DNA from: Leidyana gryllorum EB-2025a
Taxonomy: Eukaryota; Protista; Apicomplexa
Length of the DNA stretch: 64,000 nt
Direction of reading: 5' to 3'
NCBI GenBank assembly: GCA_048772705.1
Contig: JBLWGC010000136.1
Location: forward strand, 1 to 64,000
The stretch's first letter is position 1, and each line of letters opens with the position of its first letter. Below the pieces are notes generated by a model. It had not been told where the DNA came from. It saw only the letters and a program-made list of their open reading frames with translations, and ran no database searches. A program made the position numbers and the translations under genes. Below are positions 34,940 through 47,400 of this stretch, one piece after another.

Positions 34940-37735
34940 TTATTGTCCGAAACCTCGAGAGAAAGCCCGATTTAACACGTGTGTTTGCTCCGTCGCCCGC
35001 GCCAAAGCTTTTGCATGATTGTTACTCAAGTACAGCAGCTGTCCGAGACCCTCAGGGAACGATTTAGCCTACGCCACTATCACAAGACCCCTGTCTATTT
35101 TGCGTACCTGCAGTTCATCGAGTTCATCGCTCAAACCCAGAACCTCTTCTTCCAGCTGATCAATTTGATGATTCAAAGTGGCAGCACGACCTGATCACGA
35201 ATGTGTAACAGTAACCGGAGGCCGCAGCTTACCCTCTAACACATTGGTTCGATGCCCTTCAGGCAGTCGACTCAAAACTTTCTGTTCCATCTTGGAGATT
35301 GTGCCGAGCATCAGCTTTTGACGGAGCTAATCAACAATTGGACACCAAATGATTGACCGAAACCTTACCTCGACCTTATCAACAGTTGAGATGACATCTT
35401 TCTGTCTCGCCTCGAGCCGATCTTGCTGAGTTTGGATGGCAGCTAGTTTTTCAACGTATTCAAATAGTGTCCTGTCCAGATCAGTAATGGCCTTGCTGTA
35501 TTGCTTGAAGGCTTCCACATGCAAGCTCAGCTTCCTTTCCCATATGCGTATGAGCTCTTCAATCTTATCCTTCCCGAGCAGTTCCAGTTGCTCTTTCCGT
35601 TGCACAGGTTGTACATCTTGATCGTCGTCCGGCTTCTCCTTTTTCTCCTCCTTTTGTGCAGTTGTTGTGAGGAGACTGCTGCCTGCAGCACCAGATTTTT
35701 GCTCAGCTCCAGCTGTTGCTCCTTCAGACGCTGCTCCTGCGCCAGCCGAGGTTGTGGTCGTAGTTGTAGTGCTGCCAAACAGGCCACCCGTCGCTGCAGG
35801 GGCGTTAGTAGCAGTGGTAGCTGCGGCGTTGCCGAAGAAGCCGCCTGTCGCTGCAGGTTGACCAGAGGTAGCGCTGCTAGCGGGTGCGGTGGTACTGGCA
35901 GTGAAGAAGCCACCCGTCGGGGCTGTGGCAGTTGCGCCAGCAGTGGCCGGAGCTGCGGCAGTACCGAGAGCTGGGGTACTACCGAATAAGCCTCCTGTGG
36001 TCGAAGCCGCGGTAGTCGCAGGAGCGGCGGTATTAGGAGCCGCAGCCGCAGCGGTAGTAGTAGTAGGAGCAGATGTACTTCCAAACATGCCACCCGTAGT
36101 TGCAGCCGGAGGAGCTGCGGTAGCGGCCGGAGTTGTTGTACTTCCGAACATGCTACCGGTTGTAGTCGCTCCAGGCGCTGCTGTCGTGGAAGGAGCCACT
36201 GGCGTACTCCCAAATATACCCCCGGTTGTCGACGTGGTCGAGGCAGGCGCCGCGGTGGCGGCCGCAGCAGGCGTACTACCGAACATACCACCCGTGGTGG
36301 AAGCCGCAGTGGTGGCCGGAGCAGGCGTACTACCGAAGATGCCACCCGTGGTGGAAGCCGCAGGAGCCGCTGTAGTAGCAGCAGCAGGCGTACTTCCGAA
36401 CATGCCACCAGTTGTGGTCGTGGTCGTTGCAGGCGTCGTACCAGCGGCCGGAGCTGCGGCACCGGTAGCAGGTTTACTGCCGAATATACCACCCGTGGTG
36501 GACGCCGCAGGAGCTGCCGTAGTAGTAGGAGCAGCCGTATTTCCAAAGAAGCCACCCGTTGTGGTTGCCGCTGGGGCAGCCGTAGCGGCAGGAGCAGCCG
36601 TACTGCCGAAGAAGCTACCCGTTGTGGTTGCCGCAGGGGCAGCCGTAGCAGCAGGAGCAGCCGTATTTCCGAAGAAGCCACCCGTTGTGGTTGCCGCTGG
36701 GGCAGCCGTAGCGGCAGGAGCAGCCCTACTGCCGAAGAAGCTACCCGTTGTACTTGCCGCAGGGGCAGCCGTACCAGCAGGAGCAGCCGTACTGCCGAAG
36801 AAGCTACCCGTTGTACTTGCCGCAGGGGCAGCCGTAGCAGCAGGAGCAGCCGTAGCAGCAGGAGCAGCCGTAGCAGCAGGAGCAGCCGTACTGCCGAAGA
36901 AGCTACCCGTTGTAGTTGCCGCAGGGGCAGCCGTACCAGCAGGATTGCTTCCGAATATGCCGCCTGCTGTGGGTGTAGCCGTACTTCCGAACATTCCGCC
37001 TGTTGTGGTTGCAGCAGAGGTGGCGGTAGCAGGTTTACTGCCGAATATGCCGCTTGTTGTAGGGACGGCAGGGGCTGCCGGAGCAGGCGTACTCCCAAGT
37101 ATGCCCGTTGCTGCCGGGGCCGCAGCATTGGCGGGGGGGTTGGTCACAGCTGTCGGGGCAGCGGGTGTGCTTCCGAAGATACTAACAGCGGTGGGGGCTG
37201 AGGTCGCGGGGGCAGCCGTACTGCCGAAGAAGCTACCCGTTGTAGTTGCCGCAGGGGCAGCCGTACCAGCCCGATTGCTTCCGAATATGCCGCCTGCTGT
37301 GGGTGCGGCAGGGGCTGTGGGAGTAGCCGTACTTCCGAACATTCCGCCTGTTGTGGTCGCAGCAGAGGTTGCGGTAGCAGGATTACTCCCGAATATGCCG
37401 CTTGTTGTAGGGACGGCAGGGGCTGCGGGAGCAGGCGTACTCCCAAGTATGCCCGTTGCTGCCGGGGCCGCAGCATTGGCGGGGGGGTTGGTCACAGCTG
37501 TCGGGGCAGCGGGTGTGCTTCCGAAGAAACTAACAGCGGTGGGGGCTGAGGTCGCGGGGGCAGCAGTACTGCCGAAAAAACCGCCTGGAGCTGTGGCAGT
37601 AGCATTGGTGGCTCCGGATGTGTTGGCTCCAGCACCTCCTCCTCCAAGAGTCACTCCTTGTTGTTGAGTAGAAGTGCCACTAAAGAGCCCTCCCGTCGCC
37701 GCGCCAGCCTGTTGAGGAGCGCCGAAGAAGCTCAT
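34940..37735 (-). CDS. NSP1: FG-repeat nucleoporin, Nsp1/Nup62-like
   Basis: Many GxFFG/GIFG/GMFG/GLFG repeats in Ala/Thr spacers, then a Nsp1_C-type coiled coil (IEELIRIWERKLSLHVEAFKQYSKAITDLDRTL). Short 3' exons end ...RGFGQ* at 34940. Confidence 0.88.
36530..37575. repeat. coding tandem repeats with periods of about 348, 60 and 18 bp
   Basis: actcccaagtatgcccgttg occurs at 37091 and 37439 (348-bp offset). ccgaagaagc(t/c)acccgttgt recurs about every 60 bp at 36600-36920. gcagccgtagcagcagga is repeated in tandem near 36830-36880. Confidence 0.9.
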
Positions 37736-38029
37736 TGGCGCAAAGTATATCGCTCAAGAAATTCAGACACCTTTTTTTAGTGTCACATGTTCATTGGACA
37801 GGTTCGAAGTTGTGCCCAACCTCCTCTGATGCCCGACAGGTTACGAGAGGAAGGTAAGCACTCAAAAGAGATCTCTTCGCTGGTGACCTCCAGCAGATCT
37901 TCAATTTCGAAGAGCCTGTGAGAAGTCCCATCTATGTATCAACTATTGTTTGCTGACAGCCAATTGAGGAGGGAAGTGATGAGTTTGCGGATACGCTGTC
38001 TGGATGTAAGCGAAAAATTACACTGGAAA

Positions 38030-38350
38030 TCAGCCCCCGAAGCCATAGATCGTTCTACCTTGACGCTTGAGAGCGTAAACCACGTCCATGGCGACAACGG
38101 TCTTGCGCTTTGCATGTTCTGTATAGGTTACACTATCACGGATAACGTTCTCGAGGAAGGTCTTGAGAACGTTTCGAATTTCTTGATAGATGAAGGCACT
38201 GATTCGTTTAACCCCCCCGCGGCGCGCGAGGCGACGAATTGCTGGTTTGGTTATGCCTTGAATATTGTCCCTCAGGACTTTGCGATGCCGCATTGCGGCT
38301 GGGGCACCAGCCTTACCGAGCCCCTTTCCTGCCTTTCCACGTCCTTGCAT
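38030..38350 (-). CDS. H4: histone H4 with a divergent N-terminal tail
   Basis: [31 protein letters not shown]...[15 protein letters not shown]. Confidence 0.98.
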   Translation of the reverse strand: MQGRGKAGKGLGKAGAPAAMRHRKVLRDNIQGITKPAIRRLARRGGVKRISAFIYQEIRNVLKTFLENVIRDSVTYTEHAKRKTVVAMDVVYALKRQGRTIYGFGG

Positions 38351-38426
38351 ATCAATGAATCACAGCAAATTTTTACGCACTCTGCGTCTGCGGCATGTCT
38401 CCGCCTCCCATCGTCGGCTAGCTACC

Positions 38427-40387
38427 CTATATGATACCCTGACGTCTCAGGTCCTCGTAAGTTTGTGGAGTCATCACATTGCCTTCCGCATCTTCGACTT
38501 CAATCTCTTGCTCAACAAGGAACGACTGGGGACGACACTGAAACGCAATCACACCCATCCACTCACCTTGGCTTCCGTTTCTGTCTTCAACTTTTCGTAC
38601 AAATTGATCGCGTCATCTATCTTGGTTATCTCCTGTAATAATGGGTGAAATGATGAGCACACACACGCAGAACTCACTTTGAAGTGTAATGTGTTTGGAA
38701 TTTTCAGGCATCTCATCCCGAAAGCATGTCGCCACTCCTGGAAATGTCGCTCGAATACACGGCGTCCCCAATATGAGTGATTGCCGCAAATCTCGCATTT
38801 GAACTCCTGTCCCAAGCCGTGCAGCTTGTACAACCAATATGGTATGGGTTTGCCATCCCAACCTGGACCAGATTTCTTTTATGTGAATAAGGTGTCAGCT
38901 TACCTAACGGTAGATTAAGAGGGTTTCGAACCTTCTTGGTGGGTCCTCCCTCGTCATCATCATCGCTCTCATCATCCATGTCTCCATGATCGTGTTTGCG
39001 GCCGGCTCCAGCATACATTCCGGACTCAGCTCCCAAGAAGTCCATATCCTCGTCTTCATCAGACTCCTCAACTTCCATCTCGTTGAGGTTGCGTGACTGT
39101 TTCTTTCGGACGTGTTGGATGGTACTCTGGTGAGCAAAGTAAACAAAAGAAGTGACAGGTACTCACCTCAATGACTTGAGCGAGATTCTCAGCGTAGCGA
39201 CCGATCAAATATTCTAGCCGAGCCAGATGCTTATCGTGCGCTCTGGATTCCTCCACTCGCTGGTTTTCGTTTCCTGCCAGCTTGGTCAAAGCGGTCTTGT
39301 AGCGTTTACTGTCCTTGTGGCCTTGGCAAGCGCTCTCACTTGCAAATAGACGATCTGTGGCGGGAGCATAGAACTTATTCATCTGCGATGTGGGAGGTTG
39401 CCAATGCGGCAACGACTGGTCGCCCCACACGCGCTCAAAATCTGATTCCATGGCCGCCTCGATTTTCGCGTGGTGTGCTAATGGATGTGATCGACGATAA
39501 AAGTCGCGTAGATACTCATGCAATTCCGTCAGGTAGCGCTGATAATCCTGATCCCGATATTTGCAGTATCGAGGGACGCTCTTGAAGTCTGTGAACACAG
39601 TCCGTATGTAGCGCACATAGTCCATCTCGTGGAAATCGAGCTTCTTCTGAACCTCTGGATCTTCCAGGTTGATCTCGACTTCAGCAACAGATGCGGGTAC
39701 GTTGGGTCCGCCCTTTTTCTTGTCCTTGTCATACTTGGCACGCTTGAGACGGGCGAGGGTGGCCCTTTTATTATCCATTTCGCGGTGCTGTCGATACTTC
39801 TTCCAGTTGGCAAAGTTGTCGAAAGCACTCGACAGATCCAATACTTGGCCCTTAGCTTCCCGTTCAGTGAAGACGCCTTTCAGATTCGGAACCTGTTCGA
39901 TAGCCTCGAGCACAAAGTATGTCGCATCACGAGCTTCCGGGAACTCGTTCTGCGCTCCGAAGGATTTATAGTAGTCCTGTATGACCTTCAGGCGATCGTA
40001 GAACGATCGCCAGACTTCGCGACTCCCCCCTTCCATCGGAGGAGGCGCTGGACGATTGGGGGGTGGTGGCCGCCCGCCAGTTGGAGGCGGCGGTGGGTGT
40101 GACGGCACTGTTGTCGTGGCCGCCCCAATGCGACGTAATTTCTGTCCGCTGAGTGCGGCTAGCTCTTCTGCCCGCAAGCCATCACCGTCCTCCAGCAGCT
40201 CGAGTGCTATACGTGCTTTCTTGTGCAACTGACTAGCGGTGTGAACTACTCGGTGGTCCCATAGTGGACGTTTAATGTGATTCCCATTGAATTTCTCCTG
40301 TTCAGCCAGCTCAATAGCACCAGCACGCTCCAAATACTCTATGTCCTCCAGATGACCTCGGATGGTCTCCGTGACGGAGCTGGCCAT
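38427..40387 (-). CDS. SF3A3: splicing factor 3A subunit 3 (PRP9)
   Basis: [63 protein letters not shown]; ends [22 protein letters not shown]. Confidence 0.96.
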
Positions 40388-41124
40388 CTCACTTCTTTTC
40401 AGTAATTTTTGTCTACCTATGGTGGAGGAGGCGCACCGAACATTTCTTTGCCGATATCCCCCGGGCACTCGACCCCCTCAAGCACCCGACGCAGGCACCG
40501 TTCCCCAGGGTAGCGTGCCGGTATGCCTCATATGATTGGAATAGTAGTTTTGCTGATAGCAAACACCTAGAAAGTCAGGCATACTTCTTACAGTGCTCAT
40601 TAGCAATCCACCACCTCTGCGTCGTCGAAGAAGCAGTCATACGTACAAACATGTGGTCCACCAGCGGCGACTGGGAGTGCGACATCCACAAAAGCTACAC
40701 TCATTTTTGCCCACTGTGACAGCAAGACCACCATTTCAGTCTTTCAGGCTGAAAATCCGCCCTTTCCTTCTTTCGTACTTAGAGAAGCTTTCAGCGAGGA
40801 AGCAGCGACCGGTGTGGGAGATCTAAAAGAGTGGACTTCCTCCTATCATGTGTGATATTTTGTTGTTGTCTATTCAGCAAATCCTTCATGACTCTTCATA
40901 TCTTCTCTCTAATTCGATGGGGAGGTATCTTATGTTGTGCCAAATCCAACTATTGCTATCGCTACCTCTTTACTCAGTTTCCGCTGCAAAGGGGGTGAGC
41001 ACCTCGAACTGGGACCGAGACGATCTTTGTTGAAACTCGCGGCTGGGAGGAAAGGAGTGGATATATATCGGTTTGTTGGTAAGCTGTGGATATACACAAA
41101 CTTTGGTGGAGTTTCAAATTTCTA

Positions 41125-41553
41125 CTACTGGGGCCGGATGATAGTCGCGGGTAATTGCTGAACTGGAATTGAAATGAGACTTCCGGCTCGAGTCTGCACA
41201 CGAGTGCTGATTTTGCTACCACTGCCTTTGCTGTGGCTGCGTGGGAGTTCAATGTAATGCGGAGTTGTTGCTTCACGGGTTGTTGCGTCAGCGACCTTGA
41301 ACCCTTGGTCTTCCCAAACTCCCAAATGGGGGTCATTTCCTGCCCCTTCCAAATCGTCATCCCAAACCTCCACGGTCAAATCAATTTCTTGAACCTGTTC
41401 CTCACGTTCTTTATTTCGGCGCAAACACTTGGCAAATAGACAGTAATATAGGAAGGTTCCCAAGAGGACGAGCGCCACGGCTCCAAAAACGGCGCCAACT
41501 ATGACTCCCACTATCCTGCGACGCTCATCTGAGGCTTCCACTATCTCATCCAT
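41125..41553 (-). CDS. single-pass membrane protein, hypothetical
   Basis: TM segment IVGVIVGAVFGAVALVLLGTFLYYCLF followed by a Cys/basic juxtamembrane patch. An A7 tract lies upstream. Confidence 0.65.
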   Translation of the reverse strand: MDEIVEASDERRRIVGVIVGAVFGAVALVLLGTFLYYCLFAKCLRRNKEREEQVQEIDLTVEVWDDDLEGAGNDPHLGVWEDQGFKVADATTREATTPHYIELPRSHSKGSGSKISTRVQTRAGSLISIPVQQLPATIIRPQ

Positions 41554-41588
41554 AACCTTCTTTCCAAAAAAAGCTTTGCTACTCTACC

Positions 41589-41791
41589 TCACCGGGCCAA
41601 CTCGGCCCATAAGCTGGGGGTCGAAGACTCTAGACTGACATTTTCTTTTCGATCCGCGGCCGTAGCACTATCTGTAGATACACTCACGATACCCAATGAC
41701 CTCCGCAAGAGGATAATTAGGAACGTCACAGCGGATGCACCCAGTAGGAATATCAAAACGGAGCTCAAGACATACTGATACTCTGGTCGCA
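41589..41791 (-). CDS. small single-TM hypothetical protein
   Basis: MRPEYQYVLSSVLIFLLGASAVTFLIILLRR. The start is uncertain (41791 or 41831); the longer track ORF would overlap POP5. Confidence 0.5.
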
Positions 41792-41855
41792 TAGACGTCC
41801 AGCCCACCTCTATCCTCCGGACGTGCCCCATCAGTGTGTAAAAAACTGTCCAAAA

Positions 41856-42506
41856 ATGGTTCGTATCAAGCATCGGTGGGTGACGGTCCAGTTGCGTACT
41901 CAGCATGACACAAAACTCGATAGTCTCCTCACAAACACAGCCGAGACACGTAACCTGAAATCCGTCGGGTCAACTCTGCAAGCCCGTGAGAGATTGTTAA
42001 GTCAAATAACTGAGTCCGCGCTGAGCTCGGTGAGTAGAAAAGTTTACACCTCTATGCTACACAAGTATCAATGCAGGCTGTGAGAGACACAATGGAGCAT
42101 ACTTTTGGCCTCGTAGGTCTCGGGTCGCTGCTTCAGAACTATGCGAGTGAGCGATCGTTAATGTTTCTCATGTGATCCCCACCATAGTTTCCTATTGGAA
42201 TCCCAAAATCGGTATTGCGATGGTGAAAATACTCTACGACCATAACACAATGGTTCGAGCTGCTCTCGTGTTCCTTTCCAATATCAATGATATTCCCATT
42301 CAGCCGCACGTGATTTGTGATTGCGGTAAGTACCTGACTTTTACCCATTAGCAACTCTGGGCCGCTCAGCCACCCTCGTCCAGGCGAAGCGGTTCCTACT
42401 CAACCACTTGCATCAGTGGTTGAGCGTTTATGCTCCATGTATGAAGACCGAGATGCTTCAGGGCTACCAAAAGAATGAAGAGACGTCGATCATGAATTGT
42501 ACATGA
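41856..42506 (+). CDS. POP5: RNase P/MRP subunit POP5 (Rpp14/Pop5 family), 4 exons
   Basis: Spliced translation MVRIKHRWVTVQ...AVRDTMEHTFGLVGLG...SYWNPKIGIAMVK...VRAALVFLSNI...CATLVQAKR matches the Pop5 pattern. Confidence 0.85.
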
Positions 42507-42580
42507 CGCATCACGGCGCAATCACTTCACAACTTCAGCATCGTTGTTGAGTCCCGAGTACACACCCTCGATCGCCTCAG

Positions 42581-43723
42581 TTAAAGAAAACTGTAGTCAA
42601 CTACGCCTTGACGTACGAGCCCCTCCACCAGCGAGAGCACCCCGAACATCATGAACAAGGTGCCACCTAATAGATTGGTGGCTCGTTCGCTCATATATTG
42701 GTGGAGCATCATTGCGCAAGTCACCGCGAGGAGGGTCACAACCCCATGTCCCAAGCTGGCTCCTTTAGAGTAAATGAGACGTGGGATGGAGCTCTGAGGC
42801 GCCGTCCTACCTATGAAAACTCCATAAGGATTCTGGGAGGCAGCGAGGGCCATCGTCGAGAACATGGATCGATCTCCGAACTCAGCTGCAGTGACCAACC
42901 AGAAGGCCTTGTAGAAAACACTCTTTTTCGAATCAGTGTTCAGACTTGGGGACTGTTGTTAATGTATGATGAGTTCGATCACCGCAGCAACACATCAGCA
43001 GCTTACCCGATTCAGCTCAGCCGACGCTTCAGCAATCGCACGAGCCGACCCTACCGACAAGCGTCGGGTAGGACGAGCAGGAGGTGGCAGACTACTGGGG
43101 GTCGTCGCCTGGCTAGTTGCCGCACTCACAACCGGCAGGAGCTTCTCCATCAAGGCATTGTCGGTCTTCGCCGGGTCTGCTTTCCCGCAAAGTGGGGAAG
43201 GAACAGACTCGAGGTCATGCTGCAGATCTTCATCATGTTCGGCGCTGGGCCAAAATCCATCCTTAAGGTGAAAGACGCCGAAGATGAAAAGTAGAAGCGC
43301 AGCGACATAATCATCAAGCGGCCAAGCCATCCATCCAGATGTGCGAGATGGCAAATGATGTACCAATGAACCAATCACTGAGCATCCCAGAGTCTGGAGC
43401 CATAGAGCTGCAACACTGCCCAGAAATACTGGGAGCTTAGCGTACTTTGTTGCCAACATGGCCGCAACGAAAAAGGTCTTGTCTCCCATTTCGGTAACAA
43501 TGGTCAATGACCCAGCCGCCGCAACAGCTGACGTGAAGCGTCCGAATGCAGTTCCGACAGGAGGAACAACAGAGGCGTCAAAGGTTCGGGCTCTCTCTTC
43601 TTGACATTGGTCACCAGCGACTGGCATCAATGAGGCATCGACCGTCCAAACTCCTGCATCGCAGTAGACACGTGGGGTCAAGAAGGCAAGTAGGCAGCAA
43701 ACGGTCAAGCTTCTACCCCACAT
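42581..43723 (-). CDS. GDT1: GDT1/TMEM165 (UPF0016) Ca2+/Mn2+ transporter
   Basis: Two E-x-G-D-[KR]-[ST] motifs (EMGDKT, EFGDRS), a signal peptide and multiple TMs. Confidence 0.93.
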
Positions 43724-43897
43724 GGTACTACAAGGGTTTGGGTGATCAAGGGTTGACCGGATGTCGCAAAATTTAGTTCACGGCATTTTCGTTAAGGTAG
43801 CCCTATCTATCACTCCCCCATTTCATTTGAAATCTAGTCTTGAGAGAGTATTTTGGTGTTGGTCAGGTGGATTCAAGTCTTATTATTACTTGATACA

Positions 43898-44410
43898 ATG
43901 TCAATGGCACGACGAGGCTCTTCAATGGCAGCCGCAGTCATCTTTTTAGGCGGCGCTGTCGCCGATGCATCTACAAGTTTTACATTGCCGAGTCCACCCC
44001 TATTGAACGAAGCGAGACAATCAGGGGAACTGGCCATTCACTTGACTGGAGACTGTACTTCTCGACATAATCTACCGCAATGTGATTGTGACTTTGTCGT
44101 CTCACAAGGTGCATCAATGACTTCCCGCGCTTCACTCGATCCTCCTACCCCGCTCGGCGGAAAGGGGCGAAGATCAAGTCGGACTTACTATCTGGACACT
44201 CCGTCCAATGTGGAGGACTGGGTCGCAGACTCACAAGCAGTCTTGAGATCTGAACTCTCCCTCGTAAACCAGATTATCCAAGGGGAACCCCCGCAGCACT
44301 CCTCGTCGCAAGAGAAGACGACGACCAATAATAATGTTTCGGGACCAGCAGCTCTAATGCTACTTTCTTCAACGGCTATCATGGCTGCTCTTGCTATCGA
44401 CAAGAAGTGA
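43898..44410 (+). CDS. small secreted or possibly GPI-anchored protein
   Basis: Hydrophobic N-terminus (AAAVIFLGGAVADA) and a hydrophobic C-terminal tail after NNNVSG. Confidence 0.6.
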   Translation: MSMARRGSSMAAAVIFLGGAVADASTSFTLPSPPLLNEARQSGELAIHLTGDCTSRHNLPQCDCDFVVSQGASMTSRASLDPPTPLGGKGRRSSRTYYLDTPSNVEDWVADSQAVLRSELSLVNQIIQGEPPQHSSSQEKTTTNNNVSGPAALMLLSSTAIMAALAIDKK

Positions 44411-44421
44411 ATCAGTTTTTT

Positions 44422-47400
44422 CTAACGCTTCCGCCCATAATGACGAGGTGCCATGGTACCTCGCCCCCCCCTTGATGAGGCACACAGTGCCAGTCTAGAT
44501 CTAACATTGCTCGCTCCGGGATAGTTTCGAAGGTTAGACGGTGCCTCCGTGGGTGTGAACTCATCAGGGCATGCGCCATGATGTTCGGCAAACTCGTCAA
44601 GACTAGTCATCCCAAACGGAGGTACTGGCAAGAGAGCGCGGCGGGGAATGATAATGCCGCGCATCTCGGGGGTCCTGCCTCCCAAATCGCTCGCGCCTTG
44701 GTGAATAGAAATGAAACTGCGTCAAACCAAATCATGTCTCACCTATGCAACTCTTCTCTAACAACACTTCGGCCAAGTCGTCGAGCCCTGGCTCTCTGGG
44801 TGGGTCGTCACGCAGCACGTGGTTTGGGCCCCAGTACAGTCCGATGACCACACCGAAGGTGCCTGGTGGGATGGGACTCCCAAACTTGATTGTCACAACT
44901 CTCTGGCCCAGCTTTAGGTGACATGCATTGCGCGATTGAACTACACAGACTTCATGTGTACCAGCGTACGGGATTCCACTTACCGGGATTGAACAGACCT
45001 CGAATGACGTTCTGGTGTCCCGCGACCAGAACAGGGAGCGGAATGACGGCATTGGTGGCGGTTTCGTGCTCCTCAATCATCCGGGCCAGCTTGATGACAC
45101 CCTCTTGAGAGAGAAACTCGGATCGCTTCCCAATGGAACCGAGTCTGTAGAACGGTTGGGCCCGTAGCCACCCAAGATAGGTTTGGAGACACCAAATGGG
45201 GAGCTCGTTCTCGGTATCCTCAGCCGAGCTTGGCAGAATCGCTGCCAAGGGCAGAGGTTTGTGTTGACTCTGGAGAAGAAAATACCAATGCTAATCAACA
45301 CGACGATCTCAATGCTCACCACGGCGTCTTGCATAGCCTTCTTCAAGTTGGGGAGGTAGAAGAAAACTTGCTCAATCAGCCCCAACACCTTCGGAGAGAA
45401 GGAATACTCTGTGTGTGTCCGTCGAGAACTCAACGAAACCACAGAGTACCCGGGCACCCCCATTGAGGCATCCTGCCCTGTTGCCACATTTCTTGTTTCC
45501 CGTATGAGGTTCAGCCCAATGTCCACCGCATTATAAGACTTGGGTACCTTCACCAGTACCCTTCGCAGCAACCATTTGACCATCACTGTGCTCATCTGTG
45601 TGGCCTCTGCAATCTTGACAACACTCAGCCATCGACTTCGATCTGACGACTCGTTGGTATGCAGTGGATGAGGTTTCGGCACTCTCGCTCGATCATCGGT
45701 GGCCAGTAACTCATATTTCGCCTGAATGTTCCAGCGAGTCTCCAGAGACTCCGTTCGCAGGAATGTAGAAATCACCCCGCCCTCTGCGAACTGAGGCGAG
45801 AATTGAAGAAAATAACCAGAACAGAACACTTACTGTCTGCGAGACGTCCCCGAGCACACCAAATACAGTGCACTGCGCAGTACACAGCACTTTCTCGTGT
45901 TTAGAAAGGGTGTTGGCCAAAGTGTTGCCAGTCGGTACCATGTCGGACAAGGCTCTCTCTGTCAAACCAATCTTTCGGTCGATCAGCCGAATTTGCGGCC
46001 AGAAGCACAATTTGCTCTCCGTTGTTCTAACTCGGGCAACTCTGTTCGATTATGATGAGTGATAAACGAGTGTTGAGTCTTACGGTTTGCCTGCGAGATT
46101 CTCTGCAATCTCTTCCAACTCCAACACCTCAAACATAATTCGTTTCCAGTTAAAGTCTTTGAAAGAGGTATTCCGTCCTATCGACGCATTCTTCTTATCC
46201 GTCTCCTGATGACTGATGTAGCGAGACTGTAGTCGCGCCAGCGTGTCGTGAAGCGAACGGAGAGCCTTAGCCTCCTCAGCTTCCAGAGAAACGGTCTCTT
46301 CCGGGAAGTACAGACCAGATCGGCACAGCACCTCGAATCGTCTGCTGGCAATGGAATCAAAGAATTGAGTTATCTTCGAGTTGGAACTCTTGAGGGCAAC
46401 ACTGTTCCGCAGCGGGATACGATCGGGACCGTTGGACTGTTGTGGTCCAGAGAACTCTGCGAGGTCGTCCAGAGGTATCAAAGGACAGGTAATGTGGAGG
46501 GCATGTTGAGTCAGCGGGATATAACCGAGCTCAGCAGTCCAAATACCAATCAATTGTCCAACAGTCCTTAGGGGGAAATCGTACTCCACCGTGGGACACT
46601 CAAGATATTGTGTGCTCGTTCCCATACGCTGAGCAAGCGGGGAGAGAGAATTCTCGAGTTCTTTGAAGATATGGGCCAAACTCGCAAACGTGCTGGAATG
46701 TGGCTTCAGAGACATGATGAGACTGGTATTTCGAGTCAGTCGATTGAAGATTTTCACACGGTTCTTCAGCCTCTCCACATTTAGAATCCTGCAAGCGTCG
46801 CCACTCAAGGCACCCGGAGTGACATTGAGAACCTTTTGGCACTCGTAGAAACTTGGCTGATAGTGTGTTTTGGCGTAACCTGCCAGAAGTGCCGATCTAT
46901 GAGGGCCTCGTTGGAGTTGGGCGAAAGCGAACTCTACAGGCAGCTTGTAACCGATCAGTGAGGCCCCAAAGATCGCAGGAAGATCTTTTAGGGGGGAGCC
47001 GATGAACTTTGTGTCAATCCTTGCAGTCTTCGAGTTGAGGATTCCAGCTTTTCGCAGGACACAAGTTGCAAGTCTGGAAGTCTCAGCCATAGTCTCTCCC
47101 GTGGACGAGTGCGAGTCGGCGGACATGTAGAGGAACACGTTTCCGATACGATTGCGGGCCAGCTCGGCTGGGGCCAACTGCTGCTTTTGGAGCTGACCGG
47201 TCATAGCATCAATTAGGCGTCGCTCGTCAATGAACGGCAACAGGGCCACCCCGCCCCATGGTACATTGGTGCCCTCCAAGTCAACCGGAAAGTGCTCTGG
47301 GTAGTAATCGATGATCGGAGAGCTCGGCTCGAGCATAAGTGGCCGCAGTGCTTGGGGTAAAAGTTCCGCCGAGAGCGGCGGCAAAACAGCCATCAACTGT

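Noticed and set aside
36530-36930. Regularly spaced repeats resembling a CRISPR array
   Set aside because: They are in-frame coding repeats with no unique spacers and no cas genes, in a eukaryotic context.
35527-37667. 533-aa (minus) and 592-aa (plus) repetitive ORFs
   Set aside because: They are alternative-frame and antisense readings of the stop-poor Nsp1 FG repeats.
42139-42354. 71-aa minus-strand ORF
   Set aside because: It is antisense to POP5 exons.
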